64,000 bases of DNA, taken from positions 1 to 64,000 of the forward strand of contig JAUCBJ010005050.1 of assembly GCA_032718475.1 (NCBI GenBank), read 5' to 3'. The translations under genes and the position numbers were made by a program. This document shows positions 51,650 to 63,560 of the stretch, one piece after another; position 1 is the stretch's first letter; every line of letters starts with the position of its first letter. The notes below the pieces were generated by a model. It searched no databases, had not been told where the DNA came from, and saw only the letters and a program-made list of their open reading frames with translations. This DNA is from Nemertoderma westbladi. Taxonomy: Eukaryota > Animalia > Xenacoelomorpha.

Positions 51650-52924
51650 TCAAGGGAATTGAAAATATCTTAGAAACTCATCGGATATTTCGGGACTAGA
51701 CAGTGTGTTGTCATCCATAAGGTTTATTAAACCCTGAACTGGATTGGAACTGGTAGCATAAGACGGGGGCGGGGGCTTACCTTGATTGGTAGAGATAGCA
51801 GATGGGATGGATGGCGCGACTTGATTGGAATTGGGGGCGGATACGAAAGGCAAAATCTCTATCAACTGATCCAACGTATCGCAAATGGAGATGGGAGGTG
51901 GAGCGGAAGGTAAAAATTCAGAAGTATTAGATGGGGCGGAATCTAGACGGGGCACGTCGGACCAAGAACCGGGGGGGTTTGATCTACGGGGATCCTCGAC
52001 GGATGTGCGGGCTGATTGGAGATAGACGGCGCGGGGGGCGACTGAACGGGTATCGCAAACACCGGGGTTAGGGAGGCGATAGGGAGGGGTTGTACTGGGG
52101 AGACCCGAGCCACTCAAATAGGGAGGGTTCAATCGTTGTTGAGTGATAGAAGTTGATTCAAAGTGAGGCGATGGGAATGGGTTGTGATTTACGAGGTTTA
52201 ATGGAAGATCCGAACTAGACGGAATCGCGAGGGCCGTTCTTCTAAACGGCGTGGCAGTTTTACGATTCTCCCTAATGGCAAATTGCGAACATTGGTCCGC
52301 GGAAGAAAGTTGACCGTTTATATAGTTATCCACTCGTCTCGCGTTATTCGGGATAACGGTTTGGAGTAAACGTCGTTTACGTTGGGATGACGACGCCACC
52401 GGTACAGCCGACGGCAGGTAAATAAACTCTCGGGGTTCGCTCATCTCCAACCTGGACGAGATCTTCCGCAGAAACAGTTCCACCGCGACCGGCTCCTTTA
52501 TCGCCTCGTCGATGTACGGAGGCGTCGTGAAGGTGATGGCGATCTGTTTGTGGACGTCTTTGAGGCTGAAGCAGCCCAGAGCTTCCCAACCTCGACGATC
52601 CGACACGACGACATCGACGTTGGCTTTCTGTATTCCGTTACAGAATATGGTGACTCTGTCGCCACCGCGGGCCCCACCACTGGTGCGGTCGAGTCGGACT
52701 ATAGCGAGGTGCGAGTTAGGCGTAGGTCGTCGGTCCACTATCACGTTGCTGTAAACTGTCTCCAAGTCATCGGTAAAGTCCCCGTTGGAGTCCGGAAGAA
52801 ACGCAAAGAAGGCCAGACGCACGGAATCCATGTCCAATGCCTTCATGTCCTTTTCCGGAACAATATTTAAGTTATGTCTCTTGGCAAAGTCTTCTTTTGC
52901 AACAATTTGAGGTTTCATGTCATT
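51650..52924 (-). CDS. REL: Rel/NF-kB family transcription factor, exon 3 (end of RHD, IPT domain, NLS, Pro/Ser-rich tail)
   Basis: SVRLAFFAFLPD, GGDRVT, DVHKQIAITFTTPPY, NLS QRKRR; phase-0 acceptor tttatttag|AAT; no ankyrin repeats. Confidence 0.9.
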   Translation of the reverse strand, partial: NDMKPQIVAKEDFAKRHNLNIVPEKDMKALDMDSVRLAFFAFLPDSNGDFTDDLETVYSNVIVDRRPTPNSHLAIVRLDRTSGGARGGDRVTIFCNGIQKANVDVVVSDRRGWEALGCFSLKDVHKQIAITFTTPPYIDEAIKEPVAVELFLRKISSRLEMSEPREFIYLPSAVPVASSSQRKRRLLQTVIPNNARRVDNYINGQLSSADQCSQFAIRENRKTATPFRRTALAIPSSSDLPLNLVNHNPFPSPHFESTSITQQRLNPPYLSGSGLPSTTPPYRLPNPGVCDTRSVAPRAVYLQSARTSVEDPRRSNPPGSWSDVPRLDSAPSNTSEFLPSAPPPISICDTLDQLIEILPFVSAPNSNQVAPSIPSAISTNQGKPPPPSYATSSNPVQGLINLMDDNTLSSPEISDEFLRYFQFP

Positions 52925-53099
52925 CTAAATAAACACAATTAAATATAAATATCCTGCGAAATGTAAAAATTAAACAACTTATGGAGCACTTTAGAGATCT
53001 TACCTGGCACACCGTAAATAAGGTATCTCATGGGCGTAAAAATTGCGACAAATGGAGACAGATGGAGGAAAGATGACGCAGATCCTATCTCGAGCGAAT

Positions 53100-53560
53100 A
53101 ATATCTGGTCCAATGTCAAATGATAAATTAAGTTACAGTGGCACATTATTCTAATCAAAATAATTTCCCATGGCCATGGGGAGGATGAATTTTGACTGGG
53201 TAGAAAGTCCCTAGCCATACGAAAGGATCTGGTTGGAAAAGGCGCTGATAGTCCTAAAGAACGTGTTGGGAAATGGAAAGATCACTTTTGCAACTTATTG
53301 CTTGGGTAGCCAAGCTACCACACATCGCGAGGTCAGCCCTACAAGGTAAATATATGACAAGACGCTACCAATAGAAACAGGGGACATCACTCCCACCGAA
53401 CTCCAAAGAGGCATTAAAGGCATGTCCAATAATAAAGCGAGTGGATTAGATGAATTCCTGCAGAGGAATGGAAAACAGGAATGCTAAACAGACCATTAGG
53501 TTGCAAGCTGCAACTACACCGAAGATACTACTAGCACTATGGAAACGGGTTGAAGGAATT
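53100..53560 (+). mobile_element. Degenerate RTE-type LINE fragment in Rel intron 2
   Basis: Frameshifted ERVGKWKDHF, ITPTELQRGIKGMSNNKASGLD and PAEEWK, typical of the pre-RT region; boundaries approximate. Confidence 0.65.
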
Positions 53561-53582
53561 AAATGAAAGAACCAGCCTACAC

Positions 53583-54504
53583 GTCACACACCCCCTGTTA
53601 CAAACCCCCTGTCACACACTCCCTGTCACACACTCCCTGTCACACACCCCCTGTCACACACTCCCTGTCACACACTCCCTGTCACACACCCCCTGTCACA
53701 CACTCCCTGTCACACACTCCCTGTCACACACTCCCTGTCACACACTCCCTGTCACACACTCCCTGTCACACACTCCCTGTCACACACCCCCTGTCACACA
53801 CTCCCTGTCACACACTCCCTGTCACACACTCCCTGTCACACACTCCCTGTCACACACTCCCTGTCACACACTCCCTGTCACACACTCCCTGTCACACACT
53901 CCCTGTCACACACTCCCTGTCACACACCCCCTGTCACACACTCCCTGTCACACACTCCCTGTCACACACCCCCTGTCACACACTCCCTGTCACACACTCC
54001 CTGTCACACACTCCCTGTCACACACCCCCTGTCACACACTCCCTGTCACACACTCCCTGTCACACACTCCCTGTCACACACTCCCTGTCACACACCCCCT
54101 GTCACACACTCCCTGTCACACACCCCCTGTCACACACTCCCTGTCACACACTCCCTGTCACACACCCCCTGTCACACACTCCCTGTCACACACCCCCTGT
54201 CACACACTCCCTGTCACACACCCCCTGTCACACACTCCCTGTCACACACTCCCTGTCACACACCCCCTGTCACACACTCCCTGTCACACACTCCCTGTCA
54301 CACACCCCCTGTCACACACTCCCTGTCACACACTCCCTGTCACACACTCCCTGTCACACACTCCCTGTCACACACCCCCTGTCACACACTCCCTGTCACA
54401 CACCCCCTGTCACACACTCCCTGTCACACACTCCCTGTCACACACTCCCTGTCACACACTCCCTGTCACACACTCCCTGTCACACACTCCCTGTCACACA
54501 CTCC
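53583..54504. repeat. 14-bp minisatellite (GTCACACACTCCCT), about 65 copies, in Rel intron 2
   Basis: Near-perfect array with a single T/C variant position. Confidence 0.97.
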
Positions 54505-54871
54505 ATTGGATGTCAAATAAGGGGCAACACATTTCCACTAGGCACTCGATTCTTTACTAACATCGCTATACGCGAGAATAGTGGAAATAATGTTCTACAA
54601 TATTTACCAGGCAATAAATAATTAATTTTTAAACATAAAAAAGCACATTAGCTCGGGATCATTACGCCAGCCCGGCCCCCCCCCCCCCCCCCCCCCCAGC
54701 AGGGCCGGAGCCAGACATGTGTCGCATCCCATAGAGTCTATACAGTAATGTACTTCAATCGCTAAAGAAAACAAATATTATTTGTTCTAGAACTAATATA
54801 CTATCCAATACATGCAAGATTACAGAGAGACGTTGAATGCAACCCATTACTCTGGGACTAATAGTGCCTAC

Positions 54872-55051
54872 CTTCTTAGTTCTGACCATTCCTAGTCTAT
54901 CGAAGACGATCTCTTGGTTGTGTGTGACCTCGATGTCCTTTAGATAAACACCGTTGTCGCCCCCAAATATCTTGTGCACGTGAATCTTTGCTGGATCATT
55001 GGCAGTAACTACAGCAACCATTAGCCTCACTGAACCTATATGGTTAAGGAT
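54872..55051 (-). CDS. REL: Rel/NF-kB family transcription factor, exon 2 (RHD)
   Basis: Acceptor catttcag|ATC and donor AAG|GTAGGC, both phase 0; ILNHIGSVRLMVAVVT..HVHKIFG..FDRLGMVRTKK aligns with the RHD. Confidence 0.85.
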
Positions 55052-55435
55052 CTGAAATGATAAAATAATATGATAAAATAATGTTAAATATAGTTACATA
55101 AAGTTGTTTTTTTGGACTTTATTTTATATGTATTTAATTTTTGATCTTTATTTTATATTTATTTAGTGGACTTTATTTTTACTTTATTTTATATATTTAA
55201 AATAATAAATTATATTATACAGATATTAAATTGAAAAGTAATATATTGGGGCCTAATATTATAATAAAATAATAAATTATAAAAGTTTAACCTACCGGTA
55301 TGTTAATGACTATGGCTTAATCTGTTAACATTTTTGAATGGCTATATATACCTACTCTTACAGTCTTAACTCTTACACCTGTACACTCCACCTGGCTAAA
55401 TACAGAGCTAGAGCGAACTATCAGACTGTCCTAAC

Positions 55436-55906
55436 CTTTATGGTCGGATATGTTTTCACATTCACGTCTGACGATTCTCCAAGCAAGACGCCGGGGAAGT
55501 TCCCTTCACTCTCGTAGCGAATCCGGTTTACTTCCGACTTTGGCTGCTCAATAATGACTATCCGAGGACGTGAGTTGGGGCATGTGGACGTGAGTAATCG
55601 AAGGGGTTGCATACTGTACCGGTGGCCAGCTATCGGTACCGGTACCGCTCCACGACCCCGTGATACTGTTTGAGAGTTAGGCACAGAAGGCGTGGTTGGA
55701 TGTACAGAGTACTGCTGACAGTGTTGAGTTGGCGTTATCTCAGACTCAGATGATTCCTGGCCGGTACCGGTATGGGTATGTATGGCGTCTAATACATCGC
55801 TAATTGTTACTGGTAAATTGTCTACAATGGGAGCGTGGGTTTTATGAACAAACGGGTAGTGGGGAGAAAAGACATAGCCAATGCTTATTCCAGAATGATG
55901 CATCAT
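55436..55906 (-). CDS. REL: Rel/NF-kB family transcription factor, exon 1 (start codon uncertain)
   Basis: PRIVIIEQPK..RIRYESEG..GESS..KTYPTIK; donor AAG|GTTAGG; first in-frame ATG at 55906. Joined protein about 641 aa. Confidence 0.8.
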
Positions 55907-56228
55907 ATGTATAAATAAATATAACAATAAAACAGCCCACCGGTAACCAGTAACTGCAAACCGCCAGACTGCGGAACATACAGTAGCATTACTGCATTAA
56001 CTGTTAACTTCTGAACTTGCAACCAATTATACAGCGACATCACTGTCTGACTGTTGCAATGTCTGTGGTCTGACTGTACCAGCAGACCAGTAGACTGCAT
56101 CAAGCCCACTCACCCCGCCCATGTGAAGAATACCAGGATTTAACTTTTCGGTCGACTTTTTATTGGAATTTTATATATGATTAATTTTTATTTTTTTTAA
56201 TTTATCTTTATTAAGTGTTTTTATAGGG

Positions 56229-57293
56229 GTGTTTGAAAAAGGTGGACTGGACACAGAAAACATGGACAATGGACAGACCAATCACGGGCGATTTGCGTTA
56301 CACAGCATGTCTACCTTTTTCAGCTTTGTTGTCCACCTTTTTCAAATTTGAATAAGGTGGACTGGGTTGAGAAAGAACAGGCAATGATGCCAATTGACCA
56401 ATCAGATTGATTTGCACATTATAGCAGCTCTGTCCACGTTTTTCAAAAAATTTCAGAAGGTTTTTTTATTGTTATTATTATCCCATACTTACTGTGACCA
56501 ACCAGCCAACCGAAGTTGTCGAAATAGGCCTAGTTCAATAATATGTGGCGAGCCACGCGAAGTCTGTGAGCTGAGCCTTACAGCCTTAGCATCAATATTG
56601 GAACGTCAATATTCTAACTCATTACAGTAGTATAAAGTTAATTATAATTAACTACCTATTGTACTGTGTGCTGTGGGGGAAATATAATATGCTTTATTTT
56701 ACCGTTCATCCCGAGATCTGTTATTAAACGACCGAGCGCAGCGAGGGGAGGTAAATAAGTCCCCATATTTTGGGAGTGGCGGTCCGAAACCCTAATTCAA
56801 AGTGGAAATGGAGGCCCAAAAACTTAATTACAACTGTCATGTTATGATTGTAACCCCTTAAATATTTAAACCACTTAAATATTTTGGATCCTAAATTCGA
56901 CAAAATGTCTTAGATTAGAGCATCGGGACTTTAAGGTTATAGGGTTAATGAGTTTTAATTAGGGTTTGGGCCTGACCAACTAACCCTAACCACAAAAATA
57001 AACCAATAAATCTAAGTTAAAGTGCTGTACGGTACGCTAGACCTACTATTAATATACTGTAAGTCTATAGGAAGGCAATCTGCGCGGGGGGGGGGGGGGT
57101 GGTGTAGATACGCCTAGGACACCGGCAGCATTCTTAATGCAGCTGCTTCCAGCATGCCCATTATAGATACACTGTAGATAATTGAAACCTGAAAAGGTGG
57201 ACAGTCCAATCATTAATCATCTTTAATACGTTTCTGATTGGTCAGCCTATCTATGTTTTTTGTGCATGTGTCCAGTCCACCTTTTTCAAACAC
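56229..57293. mobile_element. MITE-like element with 27-bp terminal inverted repeats between Rel and Smad4
   Basis: gtgtttgaaaaaggtggactggacaca ... tgtgtccagtccacctttttcaaacac; repeated AAAAGGTGGAC sub-motifs; contains a short RTE 3'-tail remnant near 57120-57165. Confidence 0.65.
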
Positions 57294-58099
57294 ACATCTT
57301 ATACCCAATTATGTAACTAAGAAAGCGAAACTTGAAAAAGGTGGACAGACCAATTGCTACAAACTGTATGAACAACTTTATGAAGATTTTTTATTTTTTT
57401 TTAATTTATCTCTATTAAGTGTTTTATAGCGCATATTTATGTCTTATAACCTGTACATATACTGATTTGTTTATGGTTTTGGTTAGATTCAGCTCTTCTG
57501 TAACCTGTGTTTTTGGTGAAAACCTGGTGCTGGTATTCTTCACATGGGGGTAGCTGAAAAGTGAAATATAACGGTAGAAAGTCTGGTTTTTTTTCACATG
57601 GGCCGCTCCCCCAAAAAATGTAATTGGAAGTAGTTTCACACCTCCCTCCTCCTCCGTGGGTGAGTCAGAATTTTTATTTTAGCTTTCAATCTTTTCGCTA
57701 CAACAGTATAAGTTGTCTCCGAATATATTACCCCTGTTTGTAAATTGCAAAACGTTTCAGGAAACCATTAGTAGTAGTGAGACTTGATTAGAGTGTATAC
57801 AATGTATATGTCTATAAAGTATATATACTGTATTTAACTCTATACAGTATTTACTACAAAAACAAAATTTATACTGTACAAATGGAAAACACAATATATT
57901 TAAATAATATGCCAGACAGTCTGCTTATGTGGGTAGTGCATTGAAAGTGTTATTCTGTTATTAGTATACTTTGCCAGATGTTCATTTTATGTTAATCTAC
58001 TGTGCAGTGTAGTCAGGTAGTGTATATGTGCAAAATAATTATTGTTTCATTGTTATTCTGGCGATATTAATATTAATAAACAACACAACTGGTGAAGTG

Positions 58100-58500
58100 C
58101 TATATAGAATAAAGAGAACATACTGCTGTACAGCTGTAGGCCTACTCAAGGTGTACTTAAGTACTGCATACCACTACCGGTCCGGTACGGTACCGTACCT
58201 TTACTGCTTTACACTCTATGCTCTACGGCTACAGCTCCAGCCAGAGCTCTACCGAAAAGACATTCCCGTTGCCGCGTGCAGGTACCCTTACGGCTGTACG
58301 GACACTGGACACTGGGACAGACTGATAATTCAGTAATTTAAGCAAGGGGACGGTTCTGTTTTTACCGTACGTAGGCCTACAGTTATTCAGGTAGGCCTAC
58401 TGGCCTAGGCCTTTACTGCTTTATATTACATATTACCGGTCTGCCGATCCGGTAAGATTCAAACTCCATACTGATAGATTTAATTCAATTCAGAATTATA
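58100..58500 (+). promoter_or_regulatory. Probable Smad4 promoter/5' UTR with TAGGCCTA and ACCGGT motif cluster; possible 42-nt UTR intron 58452-58493
   Basis: Several GTAGGCCTAC copies; GTAAGA donor and ttcaattcAG acceptor shortly before the ATG. Confidence 0.4.
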
Positions 58501-58510
58501 TATAAATTCA

Positions 58511-59914
58511 ATGGCCGTTTCAAGCAGTGACGCTTGTGTCAGCATTGTGCATAGTTTACTGTGTCACAGACAGGGAGGTGGGTATAACGAAAATTTCTCG
58601 AAAAAGGCTATCGAAAGTTTGGTGAAAAAGCTAAAGGAGAAAAAAGAGGAACTTGATGCTCTAATTGCAGCCGTGAGAAGCTCAGGATCCCATGTCAGTC
58701 GGTGTGTTACAATTGCGAGAACTTTGGACGGACGTCTGCAAGTAGATGGACGCAAGGGGTTTCCACATGTTATATACGCCCGCATTTGGAGATGGCCAGA
58801 TCTCATGAAAAATGAAATTAAACCTCTGTCATTTTGCCTGTTTGCGTTTGATTTGAAGAGAGATAGCGTCTGTGTGAATCCTTACCATTATGAGCGTGTT
58901 GTTACACCCGGTTTGGATTTATCTTCTCTTAGTTCCTTGTCCATAGATATGGATGATTCTGGTTTGATCCCTGTGGGAATTCAATCATCCCCTATTTCCC
59001 TACAACATCAGCAACCGCATCGACACTTTCTTACCATGCATTCGGGCCGTAACAACGTTGCAATGCCCTCGCCATCCGTGGTGCGGCAATCCCACCACAC
59101 TGCCCCAGTTAGTACGGGACAATCCGAGGCCGAGTACGAGGTGGGGCCGATGTGGGACCAGGCAAATATCCCCGATACGGACAACCAAGACGGCATCGAC
59201 CCCAACATTCCCGTCTACTCGAGGAGCTTCGAAACCGCTCGGACGGAACTGGACGAGATCCTGCAGAACAAAACGCCCCCTGACCATTGGGCGAGCATTG
59301 CGTACTTCGAGTTGGACCAACAGATCGGACCCACCTACAAGGTACTGTACTCCCGACCCTCGGTTGTCGTTGACGGCTTCGTAGACCCATCGCTAGACGA
59401 CCGATTTTGTCTGGGCCAGTTATCCAACGTGCAACGCACGGAGGACAGCGACAAAGCCAGGAAATACATTGGCCGGGGGATCCAGTTGTCACTGCAGGAC
59501 CAAGGCGATATTTGGCTGCAGTGTCTGTCGGACCATTGCGTTTTTGCTCAGAGCTTCTATTTGGATCGGGAAGCCGGTCGTTCTCCCGGCGAGGCCGTAC
59601 ACAAGATTTACCCCCAGGCGAGGATCCAGGTGTTCGATTTGGTTCAATGCTATCTACAGTTGCAGCAGCTATCGGCCCGTTGGGCGGCACTGGATTTGAG
59701 GCAGGTCGACCTATTAGACGCTAACGATGACCATAATTCTCTTAGTGTTGATGACTTCCGTAAAGTTTGTACTGTGAGTTTGAGTTTTGTTAAGGGTTGG
59801 GGGCCGGACTACCAACGACAAACTATTAAAGAAACTCCTTGTTGGATCGAAGTTCGTCTCCATCGCGCCCTCCAGGTTTTAGATTCTGTGTTGCACACCA
59901 ACTCGATAAGCTAA
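58511..59914 (+). CDS. SMAD4: Smad4/Medea co-Smad, intronless coding sequence
   Basis: MH1 DACVSIVHSLLCHRQGG..RTLDGRLQV..CVNPYHYERV; MH2 with co-Smad L3 loop FVKGWGPDYQRQTIKETPCW; no C-terminal SSXS. Confidence 0.96.
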   Translation: MAVSSSDACVSIVHSLLCHRQGGGYNENFSKKAIESLVKKLKEKKEELDALIAAVRSSGSHVSRCVTIARTLDGRLQVDGRKGFPHVIYARIWRWPDLMKNEIKPLSFCLFAFDLKRDSVCVNPYHYERVVTPGLDLSSLSSLSIDMDDSGLIPVGIQSSPISLQHQQPHRHFLTMHSGRNNVAMPSPSVVRQSHHTAPVSTGQSEAEYEVGPMWDQANIPDTDNQDGIDPNIPVYSRSFETARTELDEILQNKTPPDHWASIAYFELDQQIGPTYKVLYSRPSVVVDGFVDPSLDDRFCLGQLSNVQRTEDSDKARKYIGRGIQLSLQDQGDIWLQCLSDHCVFAQSFYLDREAGRSPGEAVHKIYPQARIQVFDLVQCYLQLQQLSARWAALDLRQVDLLDANDDHNSLSVDDFRKVCTVSLSFVKGWGPDYQRQTIKETPCWIEVRLHRALQVLDSVLHTNSIS

Positions 59915-60253
59915 TTCTATTGGTACTGGTATTGTATTTATTGTTTTCATCATTACACTGACACTCTTATCATTTGGCTCTATGTTTTTTAAATAATTTC
60001 GCTTTGTAATTGACGTGTTAATAAATATGCTGCGCTCATCCCCTTATGGTTTAAATCCACCCAATAACCCCCCCCCCTCCCCCGCCTTTTCAATTTTTTT
60101 ATGATCTAGAACAGAACATGTTATTTTTTTATTAAAATATAAATATATGTTCTGAAACAAATTGTTGTTGTTCTAGAACTATTTTCTTGCTACCGCTATC
60201 CAATTTTGTAATTTGTTAATTAAGTAACGAGTAATGTTCTTCAATGTATATAA

Positions 60254-60294
60254 GGCCCCCCTCACACGGAGCAACTTGTTTCTGAAACTTGTTG

Positions 60295-60328
<34 letters not shown>

Positions 60329-60695
60329 ACACACAGAAACTTGTTGCTCAAGAAAATAACAATTATTTCAAACAAATAGCTAACATGTCCAGTCATTTAT
60401 ATATAATATAAAATCACTCAATTTTTCGAATATTAGCTCTAATATAAAAATTGGATGTAAAAAAGGTTTTTAAAAAAGTTGCTGGGAATATAACTTCCAG
60501 CAACTTGTTGCTGGACCCCCTCACACACAGAAATAAGTTACTGAAACAAGTTGCAGCAACTTGTTGCTGGACTCCTCACACACAGAAACAAGTTTCGGAA
60601 ATAAGTTGCAGCAACAAGTTGCTCCGTGTGAGGGGGTCCAGCAACAAGTTTCAGAAACATGTTTCAGAAACAAGTTGCTCCGTGTGAGGGGGGCC
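60254..60695. mobile_element. PIF/Harbinger (Tourist-like) MITE, 442 bp
   Basis: Perfect 35-bp TIR GGCCCCCCTCACACGGAGCAACTTGTTTCTGAAAC; TAA TSD at 60251-60253 and 60696-60698; internal CCCTCACACACAGAAA sub-repeats. Confidence 0.9.
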
Positions 60696-60964
60696 TAAGG
60701 TACTGGTGTAGCGCGTGTCACCATTACAATGTTTGTTTATTATTGTTTTATAGCTGATTTTGGCTATTGATTCATGATCTGGAACATATTTTCCATTAGT
60801 TACACCGCGTTATAAATATTTTTAGATATTTTTCAAACTAATCAAAGCATCGAAGCGGCGGGCGTAACTACAACCTTTTAAGGAGATTTTGACATTTAAC
60901 ATAATTTATAACCAGGTTATTTAGTTATTTTACGAGTTATTTACCCGAGGGACGTGTTATAGAC

Positions 60965-62991
60965 CCGACTCCATATGGGATGCAACACATGACAAAGCTT
61001 TTGCACAAGCCAAAGAAATACTCTCAGAGGCAATATCATTAGGATTCTTCTCAGCAAATCATGACACCCAATTGCTAACAGATGCCTCTAGAATAGGTCT
61101 TGGCTATATCCTCCAACAATGTCCTCGAGGAGAGACTGGTGTGTGGACAACTATACAAGTTGGATCTCGTTTCCTAACAGACACTGAAACAAGATAATGC
61201 AGTAATAGAACTTGAACTACTTGGCATTGCATGGGCTTGTAAGAAATTGGATAAATTTAAACAAGGATTAGATTTCACTATTCTTACAGATCATAAGCCT
61301 ATTGTGCCAATCTTAAACAATCACCGTTTAGACGAAATAGAGAACCCACGCCTCCAACGTCTTCATCAACATATTATGCCTTATGCTATTACAGCAAAAT
61401 GGATAAAGGGGTCTACCAATATTGCAGCAGATGCACTATCACGAAATCCTGTCAATTGCGATAATCAAACAATAGATATGGCCGATATTGAACCAATTGA
61501 TGTGTCTACAAGGATATACGACTCAAATAAATCGCCTTCTATACATGAAATCAGACTATTTTCATCCGCCACAAGAGATGAGGATCTGCGAGTTGCTGAG
61601 CTGAGAAAATATGCCATTGAGGATGGTGAATACATCCACCTTCGTGAAATAATCTCCAAAAGTGGTTTTCCAAATACTCCTTCGGAACTGCCAGAGAACA
61701 TTAGGAAATATTGGTGCGTCCATTCCGATCTCACTGTTGAAGATGGTCTTATCCTACTAGGCTGTCGTCTACTAGTCTCAGCAGCTCTTCGTGCAACAGT
61801 CTTATCACGGCTCCATGAAGCACATCAAGGTATCACCCGCACAACAAAGATAGCACAACTGAGTTTGTATTGGCCGGGAATGTTGGGAAATGTCGGAATG
61901 AATGGGAAAAGCAGAAGCAACTGTAAAATCAATGAAAAAGTTAATTCAATCCAACCAAAAAGGACACGTACTCAATATTGACGGTCTGAGACGAGCTCTT
62001 CTTTCATACAGAAATGCGCCATGTCGCCGCGATGGCCTATCCCCTTCTATGAAACTGTACGGCCGACCAATTCAGGATCGCTTACCAGCTCACCGTTCTT
62101 CCTTCAACCCAAAGTGGATAAAACAACATCGTACAATTGATGAACGAACAACAAATACACAAATGAAGGCTAAAGCATACTTCGACATACAGTACATGAA
62201 CGGCCCAATGACTCATTCAAAATAAGGGCAAATGTTTTAAAATGGAATATGATAACCCATCGGTGGAACTTATCTGGTAGCGTTATAGAGGTAGTAAACC
62301 CGCATAAATACGTTGTTCGAACTACCAGCGGACGTGTTCTAACGTGCAATAGAAAACATCTAAATCGCCAACAAATGCTACCTGCTCCCATTGCGGTGAA
62401 CGTCAAACCGCATGGTACATCACTTGGAAAATCCACAACCGACGAACACTATGGGAAAACCAATACATTCTACAACATGTCCACCTCCGCGTAGAAGTTC
62501 TAGGCAAGTTCGAAGACCAATACATTCTACAACATGTCCACCTCCGCGTAGAAGTTCTAGGCAAGTTCGAAAACCAATACATTCTACAACATGTCCACCT
62601 CCGCGTAGAAGTTCTAGGCAAGTTCGAAGACCAATACATTCTACAACATGTCCACCTCCGCGTAGAAGTTCTAGGCAAGTTCGAAGACCAATACGCTTAA
62701 TTAATAGAGGAGATGGAATAAAAACTGTTTTCATTCTAAACCTGAATCAATAACTGAATAATACACCGATTCAGGCTGGGGGGAGGTGTAGGATAGTGAT
62801 CACTATCAGTATCAACTGTATGTACATATAAATGTAAACCTATATACCACTAAGTAACAAGTGAGATTATTATTCTAGAACTGAGATAAAAGAACATAGC
62901 TACAGTATACGAATATCTTGTATTCTAATATTTATATAATTAAAGTAATACATGAAAATATACTCAATGTCATTTCTTTCATTATCATACA
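60965..62991 (+). mobile_element. 5'-truncated, degenerate Ty3/Gypsy element (RNase H, internally deleted integrase, PPT, 3' LTR)
   Basis: LLTDASRIGLGYILQQ, TDHKPI..NPRLQR, NIAADALSR, LHEAHQG..YWPGM, frameshifted NGKAEATVK. PPT GGGGGGAGG then LTR 62787-62991 (TGTAGGATAGTGA...TCATTATCATACA). Confidence 0.88.
62459..62694 (+). repeat. 57-bp tandem repeat x4 at the end of Gypsy pol (PIHSTTCPPPRRSSRQVRR)
   Basis: Units start at 62459, 62516, 62573 and 62630. Confidence 0.93.
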
Positions 62992-62992
62992 C

Positions 62993-63106
62993 TTATTACC
63001 CTATTATTGAGTTATTTTCCCGGTTATTTAACCCGCGGGTAGGCACCTTGGGTTTCCTGCCCGCGGGTTAAATGACCGGGAAAATAACTCAATAATAGGG
63101 AAATAA
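62993..63106. repeat. Fold-back palindrome with ~50-bp arms (MITE-like)
   Basis: ccctattattgagttattttcccggttatttaacccgcgggtagg ... cctgcccgcgggttaaatgaccgggaaaataactcaataataggg. Confidence 0.85.
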
Positions 63107-63429
63107 ATGTTGTTCTAAAATATTTTCTTGACATTCTATATAACATTAATTAATTTTATATAACTTTTATGAATTTTTATATAACTTTTAGGAATTTTTA
63201 TATAACTTTTGGGAATTTTTATATAGCTTTTAATACAACTTTTAAATTTATATATAACGTTTGAAATTTTTATACAACCTTTGCTAACGAAAATGGTGCT
63301 TAAAGCACATTACAACCAAATCAATTGTAATATTCGACTAGATTCTAAAATACCTCGATCAGCTGATATAAAAAGTCATACTTTTTCGGATTTCATTATT
63401 GTTGTATGGTAATAACTACTGTATTTACA

Positions 63430-63560
63430 TACTTGTGTGTAAAGTACTGTAGCACTTTACAGTGTCATGATCCGAGTGGCTGTGTTACACGAACGAACGT
63501 TAGTGAGTGAGTGAAAATAAAGTCACGAGGATCAGAACACTGTAAAGTACTTTGCACCCA
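63430..63560. mobile_element. Degenerate fold-back MITE
   Basis: actttacagtgtcatgatccgagtggct / agtcacgaggatcagaacactgtaaagt around a cgaacgaacgttagtgagtg core. Confidence 0.55.

Noticed and set aside
53550-54621. His/Thr/Pro-rich ORFs of 336 and 352 aa
   Set aside because: Translations of the intronic 14-bp minisatellite, antisense to Rel.
60298-60327. Long poly-C runs (also near 9613 and 54676)
   Set aside because: Simple homopolymers of unreliable length with no evidence of function.
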